NCBI GenBank assembly: GCA_963712745.1
Contig: CAVQJC010000006.1
Span: 64,001-128,000, forward strand
Reading direction: 5' to 3'
Source of the DNA: an uncultured Chloroflexia bacterium
GTDB taxonomy: Bacteria; Chloroflexota; Limnocylindria; Limnocylindrales; CSP1-4
DNA: 64,000 nucleotides
In this document: in pieces, positions 28,270 to 38,762 of the stretch
Numbering within the stretch: position 1 is the first letter of the stretch
How the letters are laid out: every line of letters begins with the position of its first letter
The notes under the pieces: generated by a model
Seen by the model: only the letters and a program-made list of their open reading frames with translations
Databases searched by the model: none
Told to the model about the DNA's origin: nothing
Made by a program: the position numbers and the translations under genes

Positions 28270-28560
28270 CGCTCCATCGACCTCACCATCCCGGTCCACC
28301 AGGACGACCGAGGGGAGCGCGGAGGAGGCGGCCACGCCCCGGATCTCGGCCCGGTCGACGCCGCGTACGGCGAGGACCTTGCGAACCATGCGGCAGAAGG
28401 CGTCCCAGTAGCGTGGCGCATCGTGCTCCGACCAGCCGGGGTGGTCGGTGTGGATGGGGTATTCCTCGTAGGCGTAGCCGAGCTGCGCGCCGGTGGGATC
28501 GATGAGCGCGACCTTGGCGCCGCCGGTGCCGTAGTCAGCGCCCAGCAGGTAGTCGGCCAT
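28270..28560 (-). pseudogene. 5' fragment (about 95 aa) of an FGGY kinase
   Basis: GADYGTGGAK, PGWSEHD, VLVDRDGEV, then homology stops abruptly at the repeats. Confidence 0.85.
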
Positions 28561-28582
28561 GAGCCTCGTCCGATGCCATGCG

Positions 28583-28648
28583 TGAGAAATCTCTCGCTAA
28601 TGAGAATATTCTCAGGTCACGCTAGCACCAGGCGCGCCCGCGAGTCAG
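28583..28648 (-). promoter_or_regulatory. Second copy of the promoter plus tandem operator
   Basis: CTGACT-18-TAGCGT; TGAGAATATTCTCA (28601-28614) and TGAGAAATCTCTCG (28583-28596). Confidence 0.75.
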
Positions 28649-28708
28649 CGCCGTCGGGTGGCAGCAGCGGCAGCGCAGGCGTGGCGGGCGTATGCCAGAA
28701 CGCGACCT

Positions 28709-30034
28709 TCAGCCCACATCGATGGGCGCGGCGGCGGTGGCGGCGGCCTGCACCTCCGGCGGCAGCAGCTCGCGATGCGCGGCACGCTCCCAGGCCGCAT
28801 CGGACCAGCGGTAGCACCCGAAGGCGAGCGCGCACAAGATCAGCGCGGCCACGGCCAGGGGCGTGATGCCGCCGTCGTAGGACGCATCGATGGTCGCCCC
28901 GATGAGCGCCCCGCCGAGGGTCGCGACCGCCCCCACCACGGCGGCGGCGGTCCCGGCGATCCGTCCTGCCGGCAGCATGGCTGCCGAGTTCAGGTTGGGC
29001 ATCGAGAAAGCGTGGGCCAGGAGCAGCGGCAGGATGCCCACCAGGTAGAGCCAGAACGGCGGATGTCCACCCGTGGCGACGGCGATGGCCGCGAAGAGCA
29101 GGGCCGCGGCCAGGTACCCGGTGAGGGCGACGCGCAGCATCAACCGCAGTCCGAAGCGGTCGATGAGGCGAGGGTTGGACAGCACACCCAGTCCGAACGC
29201 GAGCGCCGATCCCCCGAAGATGAGGGGGAACCAGGCAGCAAGGCCGAAGACGTCGTCGACGATGAGCTCGGTCGAGGCCAGGTAGGAGGCGAAGAAGCCA
29301 AAGACCAGCATCTGGGCCAGCGTCAAACCCATGGTGAATCGGCTGCCCAGCACCGCCCGGCCAGCGGCCAGCAGCCGCTTCGCGCGCAGGGCGATGCGAC
29401 GGTCAGCCGGGAGCGTCTCCGGCAGGCGCAGTGACCAGGCCGCGGTCAGCAGTGCCGCCAGCGCGAAGAAGGCGAAGACCCAGCGCCACGTGCCCACGGC
29501 CAGCACGACCGCGCCCAGCGAGGGCGCCAGCATCGGGACCAGGATGAAGACCGCCATCACGTACGAGAGGGTCTTGGCCATCTCGTCCCCTTCGTAGCGG
29601 TCGCGGACCGTGCCGAACGTGACCACGCGGACCGCCGCCGCGCCGAGGCCGGCCAGGAACCGCCAGGCCAGCAGGAGCGTGAGTGACGGCGCGACTGCGG
29701 CACCCAGGGCAGCCAGGATGTAGATGGCCAGCCCGACCCACAGGATCCGCTTGCGCCCGAGCGCATCGGAGAGCGGGCCCCAGACGGGCTGGCCCAGGCC
29801 GAACCCAAGGAAGAAGACGGTGACCACCAGGGCGACATCGCTGGCGTCGGAGGCTAGGCCGAAGTCCGCGCGAATGTCGCCGAAGGCCGGCAGCATCATG
29901 TCGATGGCCAGCGCGGTCAGGGCCATGAGCATGGAGATGAGCACGATGAACTCGCGGCGGCCCATGCGCGCCTCGAAGGGGTCGACAGGCACGCTCAAGG
30001 CAGACGCCGCGGAAGGGCCACGTGCCTTCGTCAC
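28709..30034 (-). CDS. Bcr/CflA-family MFS efflux transporter
   Basis: ALAIDMMLPA, WGPLSDALGRK, LPETL, about 12 TM helices. Confidence 0.9.
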   Translation of the reverse strand: MTKARGPSAASALSVPVDPFEARMGRREFIVLISMLMALTALAIDMMLPAFGDIRADFGLASDASDVALVVTVFFLGFGLGQPVWGPLSDALGRKRILWVGLAIYILAALGAAVAPSLTLLLAWRFLAGLGAAAVRVVTFGTVRDRYEGDEMAKTLSYVMAVFILVPMLAPSLGAVVLAVGTWRWVFAFFALAALLTAAWSLRLPETLPADRRIALRAKRLLAAGRAVLGSRFTMGLTLAQMLVFGFFASYLASTELIVDDVFGLAAWFPLIFGGSALAFGLGVLSNPRLIDRFGLRLMLRVALTGYLAAALLFAAIAVATGGHPPFWLYLVGILPLLLAHAFSMPNLNSAAMLPAGRIAGTAAAVVGAVATLGGALIGATIDASYDGGITPLAVAALILCALAFGCYRWSDAAWERAAHRELLPPEVQAAATAAAPIDVG

Positions 30035-30726
30035 CCCAGATCGAGGGGAGTGCCCAGCGAGCGACGGGCTGCACGGGCGACGCGCAGGAAACTCACGACA
30101 TGGGCCACGGGTCGGATGTGTGAGCCAGCCTGCTCGTAGATGGTGGGGATGGGTACCCAGTCGATCTCAAGACCCGCCCGGATGGCATCGGTGATCATCT
30201 CGACTTCGAACTCGAAGCCGTCCTCGCCGCTGGCCAGCAGGTGCGGCAGCAACGGCCTGGCGATCAGCCGGTAGCCCGACTGGTTGTCCTCGATATGCCG
30301 GCCCACCGCCCAGCTGAACACCCGGGTGCCGAGGTTGTTGGCCAGCCGCCGCGACAGCGGCATCTGGCTGAAATCGCGCCGGCCGATGATGAGCGGCGCC
30401 CCCCCGGTCCGCCAGGCCGCCAGGAAGTCGGGTGCGCACGCTGGGTCGTGCTGGCCGTCGGCGTCGAGCGTGAGGACAGCCTCGACCCCGGCCTCGAGCG
30501 CATGGCTGAATCCCCGCCGCAGCGCCGCGCCCTTGCCCTGGTTGGCGGGTTGTCGCAGGACCGTGGCGCCGGCGGCCTGCGCCACCACACCGGTACGGTC
30601 CGTGGAGCCATCGTCGACGACCACGACCGGCAGGTGCTCGGCCGTGGTGCGCACTACCGTGTCCAGAGTGGGCGCAGCCTGATAGGCCGGGATCACGGCC
30701 ATGACCTGGGGCGGCGAGTCCATCAC
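30031..30726 (-). CDS. Glycosyltransferase family 2 (DPM1-like)
   Basis: IPAY, VDDGSTD, NQGKG, DADGQH, DNQSGYR. Confidence 0.92.
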   Translation of the reverse strand: MMDSPPQVMAVIPAYQAAPTLDTVVRTTAEHLPVVVVDDGSTDRTGVVAQAAGATVLRQPANQGKGAALRRGFSHALEAGVEAVLTLDADGQHDPACAPDFLAAWRTGGAPLIIGRRDFSQMPLSRRLANNLGTRVFSWAVGRHIEDNQSGYRLIARPLLPHLLASGEDGFEFEVEMITDAIRAGLEIDWVPIPTIYEQAGSHIRPVAHVVSFLRVARAARRSLGTPLDLG

Positions 30727-30777
30727 GAGCCGGTCGGGTCGTTCACGAGCCCATCGTAGACGTGTCGATGAGGTTGC

Positions 30778-32505
30778 CTAGTCGATCATGATCGCGTCCG
30801 GCGCGGGCAGTCCGGTGGGGGTCGCGAGGTAGGCGGCGGGCAGGCGGCGGTTGAGCGCGAACTCACGCATGGCCGTGGCGCCGCTGAGGTTGTAGACCTC
30901 GGCGAAGCCGTGCTGCTTGAGCACTCGCGTGCCGAGGTACGAGCGCAAGCCGGAACGGCAGGCCACGATCGTCGGCAGCGACGGATCCAGCTCCCCTATC
31001 CGGTCGCGTAGCTCGTCGAGCGGGATGTTGAGGATCCTGTCGCAGTCGGCCAGCGGAAGCGCCTCCACCTCCGCAGGCGAACGCACATCGACGACCTGGT
31101 ACGGACACAGGTCGATGTCCGGCTGGACCACTGGCGCCAGGCCGTCGAGGTGGTTCTGAGCCGCGAAGGCGGCCATGTGTAGCGGGTCCTTGGCCGAGCC
31201 GAACGGCGGGGCATAGGCCAGGTCGAGCTCGGCCAGATCGTGGACCGTGCCGCCGAAGTGCGTCAGCGTGGCGACCACATCGAGTCGCTTGTCCACGCCT
31301 TCGCCGCCGACGGCCTGGGCGCCGAGCACCTTGCCGCTGCCCTCCTCGAAGACGAGCTTGACGGCCATGGCCTGGGCGCCGGGGTAGTAGCCGGCGTGGT
31401 TGTTGGCGATGACGTGCACAGCCGTCGCCTCGAACCCGGCCTGCCTGGCCGCGTGCAACGACAGGCCGGTGATGCCGGCGGCGGTGCCGAAGACACGCAC
31501 GATCGAGGTGCCCCAGGCCGCCGGTGCCCGGCGCGAGGCCCCCGTCGCCGCATGCTCACCGGCCAGGCGGCCGGTGCGGTTGGCCGGGCCCGCCAGCGGC
31601 ACGCGCTGCTTGCCGCCGGTGCTGCCGTAGAGGTACTCGGCCGCATCGCCGACCGCGTAGATGTCGGGATCGTTGGTGCGCATGAACTCGTCGGTGGCGA
31701 TGCCCCCACTCTCACCGATCTCGATGCCGGCCGCCCTGGCCAGGCCGGTGTTGGGCCGGACGCCGATGCCGAGCAGCACCAGGTCGGCCGGCAGGCGAGT
31801 GCCGTCGGAGAGCACGGCCGCGACGGCACGACCGCCGACCTCCTCGATGGCTGCGATGCCGTTGCCCAGCTCCAGGCGCACGCCGTTGTACTCCAGCTGC
31901 CGATGCAGCGGCTCGACCATCTCGCGGTCGTGCAGTGGCAGCACCTGCGTCTGCATCTCCACCAACGCCACGTCAAGGCCCTTGCGCCGGAACTGCTCGG
32001 CGGACTCGAGACCGATGTAGCCGCCGCCGACCACGACTGCACGCTGCGCCCCGGGCATGGCCTCCGCGATGCGGTCGGTGTCCTCGAGATTGCGCAGCGT
32101 GAAGACACCCTCGGCGTCCGTACCCGGGATGGGCGGCTCGATGGGGTCGGCTCCGGGCGCGAGGATGAGCTTGTCGTAGGTCATCTCGTAGCTCTTGCCG
32201 GCATCGAGGTCGGCGACCATGACGGTCCGTGCTTCACGGTCGATGCCGGTGACCTCGTGGCGGGTGCGCACATCGATGTCGAAGCGGCGCTTGAAGAGCG
32301 AGGGTTTGGCGATGAGCAGCTTGTCGCGATCGGTGATCTCGCCGCCCAGGTAGTAGGGCAGGCCGCAGTTGGCGAAAGACACATACGAATCGCGCTCGAA
32401 GATGATGATGCGTGCGTCCTCGTTCATACGACGAGCGCGCGCGGCCGCGGAAGCGCCGCCGGCGACGCCACCGACAACGAGGATGGTGGGTGCGTTTGCA
32501 GACAC
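30778..32505 (-). CDS. CoA-disulfide reductase-like flavoprotein with C-terminal rhodanese domain
   Basis: GGVAGG, SFANCGLPY, GGGYIG, YAPPF, rhodanese CRSGLRS. Confidence 0.92.
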   Translation of the reverse strand: MSANAPTILVVGGVAGGASAAARARRMNEDARIIIFERDSYVSFANCGLPYYLGGEITDRDKLLIAKPSLFKRRFDIDVRTRHEVTGIDREARTVMVADLDAGKSYEMTYDKLILAPGADPIEPPIPGTDAEGVFTLRNLEDTDRIAEAMPGAQRAVVVGGGYIGLESAEQFRRKGLDVALVEMQTQVLPLHDREMVEPLHRQLEYNGVRLELGNGIAAIEEVGGRAVAAVLSDGTRLPADLVLLGIGVRPNTGLARAAGIEIGESGGIATDEFMRTNDPDIYAVGDAAEYLYGSTGGKQRVPLAGPANRTGRLAGEHAATGASRRAPAAWGTSIVRVFGTAAGITGLSLHAARQAGFEATAVHVIANNHAGYYPGAQAMAVKLVFEEGSGKVLGAQAVGGEGVDKRLDVVATLTHFGGTVHDLAELDLAYAPPFGSAKDPLHMAAFAAQNHLDGLAPVVQPDIDLCPYQVVDVRSPAEVEALPLADCDRILNIPLDELRDRIGELDPSLPTIVACRSGLRSYLGTRVLKQHGFAEVYNLSGATAMREFALNRRLPAAYLATPTGLPAPDAIMID

Positions 32506-32763
32506 GTTGGGTCTCCAGGTCTGGTCAAGGGCTGAGAGTCGTGGTGCATTCGATACTGAGTCTCAGAACGGGCGCGGGCAGCGTCCGCCTGTCGCGGATA
32601 CCACGGGCCATGCGGACCATTGAGCGATCTTTGCCCCGCTCACCACGGGCGAGAGACGGACTGATCGACTGAATCGATCACCCACCAGCGACTTGTCGAT
32701 TGGACGGTACGAGCCTGGTGGTCTAGGTTCGGGCTGACACATTGAACGACCAGGGGTAGTCCG

Positions 32764-33621
32764 GTGCCTGGAGCACGAGATCCCAGCCAGATCGGCGGCG
32801 AGGCCGCTGCGGCTTCACTGGCCCAGCAGGTCCTGGCCAGCGGCCATCCGTTCCCGCTCAAGCGTGACGTGGCGCGCGTCTCGGACACTCTCACGGGGAG
32901 CCTCTTTCCCCAGCTCGCGGTCGAGCCCGCCGAAGACGAGCACGACCTGACCCGCCGCCTGGCCGAGGCCTGCCGGCAGTTCGGCAGCGTGGCCCAGCCG
33001 CTGGCCGACGAGCCGGCCCACGAGCTGGCCCATGCGCTCCTCGAAGCGCTGCCCGACGTCCACGCCCGGAGCCTCGAGGACGCCCGGGCCATCCTGGCCG
33101 GCGATCCGGCGGCCGAGTCGCTCGACGAGGTCATCGCCGCATATCCCGGGTTCCTGGCCATCGCTACCCACCGGCTGGCGCACGCGGTGCACCTGCTTGG
33201 TGTGCCAGTCGTGCCGCGGTTGATGGCAGAGCTGGCCCACTCACGCTCCGGCGTAGACATCCATCCGGGCGCCACCATCGGCCGCTCGCTGTGCATCGAC
33301 CACGGCACCGGCATCGTCATCGGCGAGACCGCCGTCATCGGCGACGGGGTCAAGCTCTACCAGGGCGTTACGCTGGGTGCGCTCTCGGTCTCCAAGGCTG
33401 CGGCCGGGACCAAGCGCCATCCCACCATCGGCGATCGCGTCGTGATCTACGCCAACGCCACCGTCCTCGGTGGCGATACTACGATCGGGTCGGACAGTAT
33501 CGTGGGTGGCAATGTCTTCCTCACCAGCAGCGTGCCGCCCGACTCGCTCGTCTACCAGACCAGCGGCTACCGCGTCCGCCGTCAGCGTGACGGCTTCGAG
33601 GACGCAGATTTCGTCATCTGA
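32764..33621 (+). CDS. cysE: Serine O-acetyltransferase
   Basis: [27 protein letters not shown]; C-terminal DFVI. Confidence 0.92.
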   Translation: MPGARDPSQIGGEAAAASLAQQVLASGHPFPLKRDVARVSDTLTGSLFPQLAVEPAEDEHDLTRRLAEACRQFGSVAQPLADEPAHELAHALLEALPDVHARSLEDARAILAGDPAAESLDEVIAAYPGFLAIATHRLAHAVHLLGVPVVPRLMAELAHSRSGVDIHPGATIGRSLCIDHGTGIVIGETAVIGDGVKLYQGVTLGALSVSKAAAGTKRHPTIGDRVVIYANATVLGGDTTIGSDSIVGGNVFLTSSVPPDSLVYQTSGYRVRRQRDGFEDADFVI

Positions 33622-33640
33622 GACCCGGAGGTCCTGCCCC

Positions 33641-34567
<927 letters not shown>

Positions 34568-34586
34568 CGACGGGCCCGAAGATGCG

Positions 34587-35528
34587 CTAGCGGGCGTCGG
34601 CAGCCACCACTGCCGTGGCGATGGCGATGTCCTGCACGGCCACGCCCGTCGAGTCGAAGATCGTGACCTGGTCGGCAGAGGTCCGGCCGCGGCCCTGCCC
34701 CGCCAGCAGGGCGCCCAGCTCCACGACCCGACCAAAGTCGAGTGCGCCGGCGGCCACTGCGCGGGCGATCTCGCCGCGAGTGCGGCACTGGGCCAGGCTG
34801 TCGGCCACGACCACATCGGCCAGGGCGAGCACGTCCGCGGCAAGCTCCTGCTTCTCGGTCGTGTCAGAGCCTATGGCGTTGATGTGCGTACCCGGCCGGA
34901 TGTCAGCTGCCTGCAGCAATGGCTCCGTCGCCGGCGTAGCCGTCACGATGAGCTGCGCCCGTGCGGCGACCTCCGCCGGCGTGGCGGCCTCGGTCACCGC
35001 GAAGCCATACCCGGCCATGGCGGCCCCGTAGTCGTCGACCCGCAGCGGGTCGCGTCCCCAGGCCACCACCTCGCGGGTCTCGAACAGCGGCGCCAGCTGC
35101 TGCACCTGCAGCCGCGCCTGGAGACCCACGCCCAGCACTCCGATGCGCTCGACCTCCGGTGGGGCCAGCGTCTTCGCGCCGATGGCGCCGGCCACAGCCG
35201 TTCTCACGTCGGTGAGGTGGCCCTCGTCGAGCAGCAGCGCCTCGGGCTCGCCAGTGTCGGCACGGAAGACCAGCATCAGGCCGTTACCCGAGGGCAATCC
35301 CAGACCGGGGTTGCCGTAGAAGCCGGAGGCCACCTTGATGACGTAGTAGCGGTCGTCGCGGATAGCCCCGTACTTGATGTGGACCTCGCCCCGCTCCAGC
35401 AACAGCTCGCCTACCGGGGGCACGATGGCGCGTCCTGCCGAGTAGTCACGGAACGCGCCCTCGATGAGCGGCACCAGATCCAGGCCGGCCAGGACCTCCT
35501 CGATGCGTGACCGCTCGATGATCCTCAT
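34587..35528 (-). CDS. Ornithine cyclodeaminase / mu-crystallin family (EutC-like)
   Basis: IKVASGFYGNP, LTDVRTA, GVGLQA, DSTGVAVQD. Confidence 0.9.
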   Translation of the reverse strand: MRIIERSRIEEVLAGLDLVPLIEGAFRDYSAGRAIVPPVGELLLERGEVHIKYGAIRDDRYYVIKVASGFYGNPGLGLPSGNGLMLVFRADTGEPEALLLDEGHLTDVRTAVAGAIGAKTLAPPEVERIGVLGVGLQARLQVQQLAPLFETREVVAWGRDPLRVDDYGAAMAGYGFAVTEAATPAEVAARAQLIVTATPATEPLLQAADIRPGTHINAIGSDTTEKQELAADVLALADVVVADSLAQCRTRGEIARAVAAGALDFGRVVELGALLAGQGRGRTSADQVTIFDSTGVAVQDIAIATAVVAADAR

Positions 35529-35540
35529 GGCTCCACCCCC

Positions 35541-36497
35541 CTACCCCTCGATGATCGTCCGCAGCTTCTCAACGCCCACGTTGCCACCACAGAGGATGAC
35601 CGCCGTGGTTCCGTCGGTGGTCGAGGCGTGGGCCCGGGCCGCGGCATAGGCCATGGCCGCCGAGCCCTCGACCAGCAGGTGCTCGATCTCGATGAGGTCG
35701 AGGAACGCCCGGCGGATGTCGTCCTCCTCCACCGTGACGAAATCGTCCAGCACGGACTTCAGGATGTCGAGGGTGATGGCACCAGGCTCCACTCCGCCGG
35801 CGGTGCCGTCGCTGAGCGTGGGGTCAGAGGGCAGCTCCAGGATCCGCCCGGCGCGCAGGGAGTGGTACATGACCGCCGATGCGGCCGGCGAGCAGCCGAT
35901 GACCCTGGTCGAGGGCGAGAGCGATTTGATGATCCCCGCCACGCCCGCGGCCAGCCCTCCCCCACCCACGGCCACGTAGAGCGCGGCCAGATCGGGAGCC
36001 TGCTCGACCAGCTCCAGGCCCAAGGTCCCCTGGCCGCCGATGATGCGCGGATCGTTGTAGGGCGAGATGAAGGTGGCGCCTCGCTCGTCGGCCATCGCCC
36101 GCGCACCCAGTTCGCTCTCCACGCTGTCGCTGCCAAGCACGCGCAGCCGTCCGCCGAGGCGCTCGATGGCCGCCAGCTTAGAGGGGTTGGCACCCTGAGG
36201 CACGACCACGAGCGCCTCGGCCGCCACCAGTCCCGCGGCGTAGGCGACGGCCGCACCGTGATTGCCGGTCGAGGCGGTGACGATGCCGCGAGCCAGCTCG
36301 TCGGCTGAGAGCGAGAGCACCTTGCTCACTGCCCCGCGCGCCTTGAACGAGCCTGTGTGCTGCAGGTTCTCGCACTTGAGCACGACCGGCGAGCCGACCT
36401 CGGCGCTGAGCCCGACGGCGGGCACGAGCGGCGTCGTCAACAGATGGGGGCGAGCACGCTCCTCGGCCGAGCGGACCTCGGCGGCGACATCGATCAC
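35541..36497 (-). CDS. PLP-dependent threonine/serine dehydratase family (EutB-like)
   Basis: KCENLQHTGSFKARG, STGNHG, GQGT, VGGGG; GTG start overlaps the upstream stop. Confidence 0.9.
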   Translation of the reverse strand: MIDVAAEVRSAEERARPHLLTTPLVPAVGLSAEVGSPVVLKCENLQHTGSFKARGAVSKVLSLSADELARGIVTASTGNHGAAVAYAAGLVAAEALVVVPQGANPSKLAAIERLGGRLRVLGSDSVESELGARAMADERGATFISPYNDPRIIGGQGTLGLELVEQAPDLAALYVAVGGGGLAAGVAGIIKSLSPSTRVIGCSPAASAVMYHSLRAGRILELPSDPTLSDGTAGGVEPGAITLDILKSVLDDFVTVEEDDIRRAFLDLIEIEHLLVEGSAAMAYAAARAHASTTDGTTAVILCGGNVGVEKLRTIIEG

Positions 36498-37621
36498 CGG
36501 CGCAGCTCTTGCACCGAAGCGTGGATGCGCGCGAGGCCATCGACCAGCTCCGGCTCGGGCACGGCGAACGAGAGGCGGATGTGCTGGGCCAGCCCGAAGT
36601 GGTCGCCCGGCACGATGAGCACACTGTGCTCGTCGCGCAGCTTCTCCATCCAGGCGATCGAATCGATGGGCAGGTCGTACTTGAGGAAGGTGATGGCCGC
36701 GGCATCGGGAGGGGTGCCGGTGAAGACACCGTTCTGCTCGCCGAGCCACTCACCGAGGAGCCCATAGCCGCCCTTCAGCAGCATGCGCGTGCGCGCCAGG
36801 ATCTGCGGACGGACCCGGGGCGACAGGGCCGTGGCGGTGAGGTGGTTGGAGAGCATGGTGGTGGCGATGGTCGTGTACTCGTGACGGCGCCACATGCTCG
36901 CGACGGCTTCGGTAGGGCCGACCGTCCAGCCCACCCTCAGTCCGGGCAGTCCATAGGCCTTGCTCATCGAGCCCTGGGCAAGCACCTTGTCGTAGCGGCC
37001 GTAGAAGGACGGGGTCTCACCGTCACGCTCCCGCTCCGCCCCGCGGTAGACCTCGTCGGCCAGCAGCCAGGCCCCGCAGCGCTCAGCCGCGGCCACGACC
37101 GCGTCCATCTCGGACTCGCTCATGATCCGGCCGGTCGGATTGTTCGGGTTGACCACGCAGATCATGCGGGTGTCGGAGGTGACCGCTTCGTCGAGCGCAT
37201 TCGCGTCCAGCGCCCAGTCACGGTCGACGTCGAGGTAGACCTCCTTGACGACCGCGCCGTGGTTCCTGGCCACGCCCCAGACCTGCATGTAGTTGGGCAG
37301 CACGATGACGACCTCGTCGCCCGGCTCGAGGAACGTGTCGATGGCCAGGTAGTTGGCCTCAGCTGCGCCGACGGTCACCAGCACGTCATCGGCCGTGGCG
37401 CCCGGGTACAGCGCGGCGATGGCCTCGCGCAGCTCGACGGTGCCGTTGGCCTGGGGGTAGAACATCCCCGTGTCGGCCAGGTCATTGGGCTCACGCCCGT
37501 CCATGGCCAGCAACTCGCCCAGCGTCATGGGATGCACGCCACTCTCGGACAGATTCACGTCCACGCGGTTCTCCCACTCGGACATCATCTGTTCCATCAC
37601 GAAGGGCTGGAAGGCGGGCAT
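36494..37621 (-). CDS. Aminotransferase class I/II (PLP-dependent)
   Basis: NPNNPTG, DEVY, SMSKAYGLPGLRVGW. Confidence 0.92.
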   Translation of the reverse strand: MPAFQPFVMEQMMSEWENRVDVNLSESGVHPMTLGELLAMDGREPNDLADTGMFYPQANGTVELREAIAALYPGATADDVLVTVGAAEANYLAIDTFLEPGDEVVIVLPNYMQVWGVARNHGAVVKEVYLDVDRDWALDANALDEAVTSDTRMICVVNPNNPTGRIMSESEMDAVVAAAERCGAWLLADEVYRGAERERDGETPSFYGRYDKVLAQGSMSKAYGLPGLRVGWTVGPTEAVASMWRRHEYTTIATTMLSNHLTATALSPRVRPQILARTRMLLKGGYGLLGEWLGEQNGVFTGTPPDAAAITFLKYDLPIDSIAWMEKLRDEHSVLIVPGDHFGLAQHIRLSFAVPEPELVDGLARIHASVQELRR

Positions 37622-37743
37622 GAGAGGACTCCTCGACAGTGGCGGACGCAGGTCAGTCTAGTGCCGGCCGGCTGCGCGAGGGCGTGGCGGGACACCCACC
37701 ACCGAGGGTCATGTCCGGAGTCACCTGGGCCTAGACTCACCGC

Positions 37744-38745
37744 ATGTCCGTGTACCAGTCCTCGCCGGATATGGCGCCCGACATCGACTTCGAGCCAGGG
37801 TCACTCCACCACCTCGTGGCGGGCAACAGGGGACGCCTGCTCGATCCACGCCGCACGCCCGTGTCGGTCGCCGGGGTCCGACTCGAGGTCGGGTTCTTCG
37901 ACGTGCGCGTCGAGGCCTTCGAGGACGCGGGGGCGTCATGGGAGGTGCCACTGGAGGAGGTATCCCGTTTCCAGTTCGAACGCGGCGGCCGGCAGGCCAC
38001 GTCCGGCCAGGTCGCCGCCATGGAGCAGGCGGTCGCACGGTTGGCGCGCGAGCAGGTCGTGGCGGCCCGCAAAGCCGATCGGGCGCGGACCGAGGCACGC
38101 ATCACGACGCAGCGGAAGGACGCGGACACGTGGCTGGCGGCACGGTCGCAGTTCCTGGCCGCCCGTCGCGGTCTACCGGACCCCGCGACCAGGCGCGGCG
38201 ATGGGGCCCTGGCGGCCGATCTCGAGGCGTACCTGCGGGAGCGTGATTGCTGGGACGTGGAGTCGGCGTTCGCGATGCAGTACGTGAGCAACCCTGGCTC
38301 GGGCGAGATGGTGAAGGGCCACCGGATCGTGCTCGCGGAGCTCGGCCTGGTGTCGTATGCCGGTGCCATCGTGCGTGATCCGTCGACATTCTCGGGGGGC
38401 CTGGCTCGGGCGCGGCGGGCCGATCACATCGTCCGCCGACTGGCGTTCCTGCGCGCGCTCCTGGCCAGGCTCCAGATCGACCAGGTGAGGCTGTGGCGAG
38501 GCCTCTCGGCCGACGCGCCCCTGCGCAGGAACGAGAAGCGCTCATTCGTCTCCACCACCTTCGACGAGGCCGTGGCTCGGAGCCACTTCGACGCCGGGCT
38601 GGACCGGCCCTCGCGGGCACTGGTCTGCCAGACCGTGCCCTGCGACCGGCTGTTCATGACCTATCTGGAGACGGCGGCCATGAACGCGCGGTTCCTCGAG
38701 GCCGAGGCTGTGCTACTCGCCCGTACCGGGGACGGCTGGCCCTGA
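37744..38745 (+). CDS. Hypothetical protein with C-terminal R-S-E ADP-ribosyltransferase (DraT-like) signature
   Basis: LWRG ... FVSTT ... EAEAVL in ARTC order; TAGACT box 6 nt before ATG. Confidence 0.65.
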   Translation: MSVYQSSPDMAPDIDFEPGSLHHLVAGNRGRLLDPRRTPVSVAGVRLEVGFFDVRVEAFEDAGASWEVPLEEVSRFQFERGGRQATSGQVAAMEQAVARLAREQVVAARKADRARTEARITTQRKDADTWLAARSQFLAARRGLPDPATRRGDGALAADLEAYLRERDCWDVESAFAMQYVSNPGSGEMVKGHRIVLAELGLVSYAGAIVRDPSTFSGGLARARRADHIVRRLAFLRALLARLQIDQVRLWRGLSADAPLRRNEKRSFVSTTFDEAVARSHFDAGLDRPSRALVCQTVPCDRLFMTYLETAAMNARFLEAEAVLLARTGDGWP

Positions 38746-38762
38746 GGTGATGCGCGCAAACG

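Noticed and set aside
32510-32763. SAM riboswitch or T-box upstream of cysE
   Set aside because: No recognisable SAM-I or T-box consensus, only short palindromes. An Rfam scan would be decisive.
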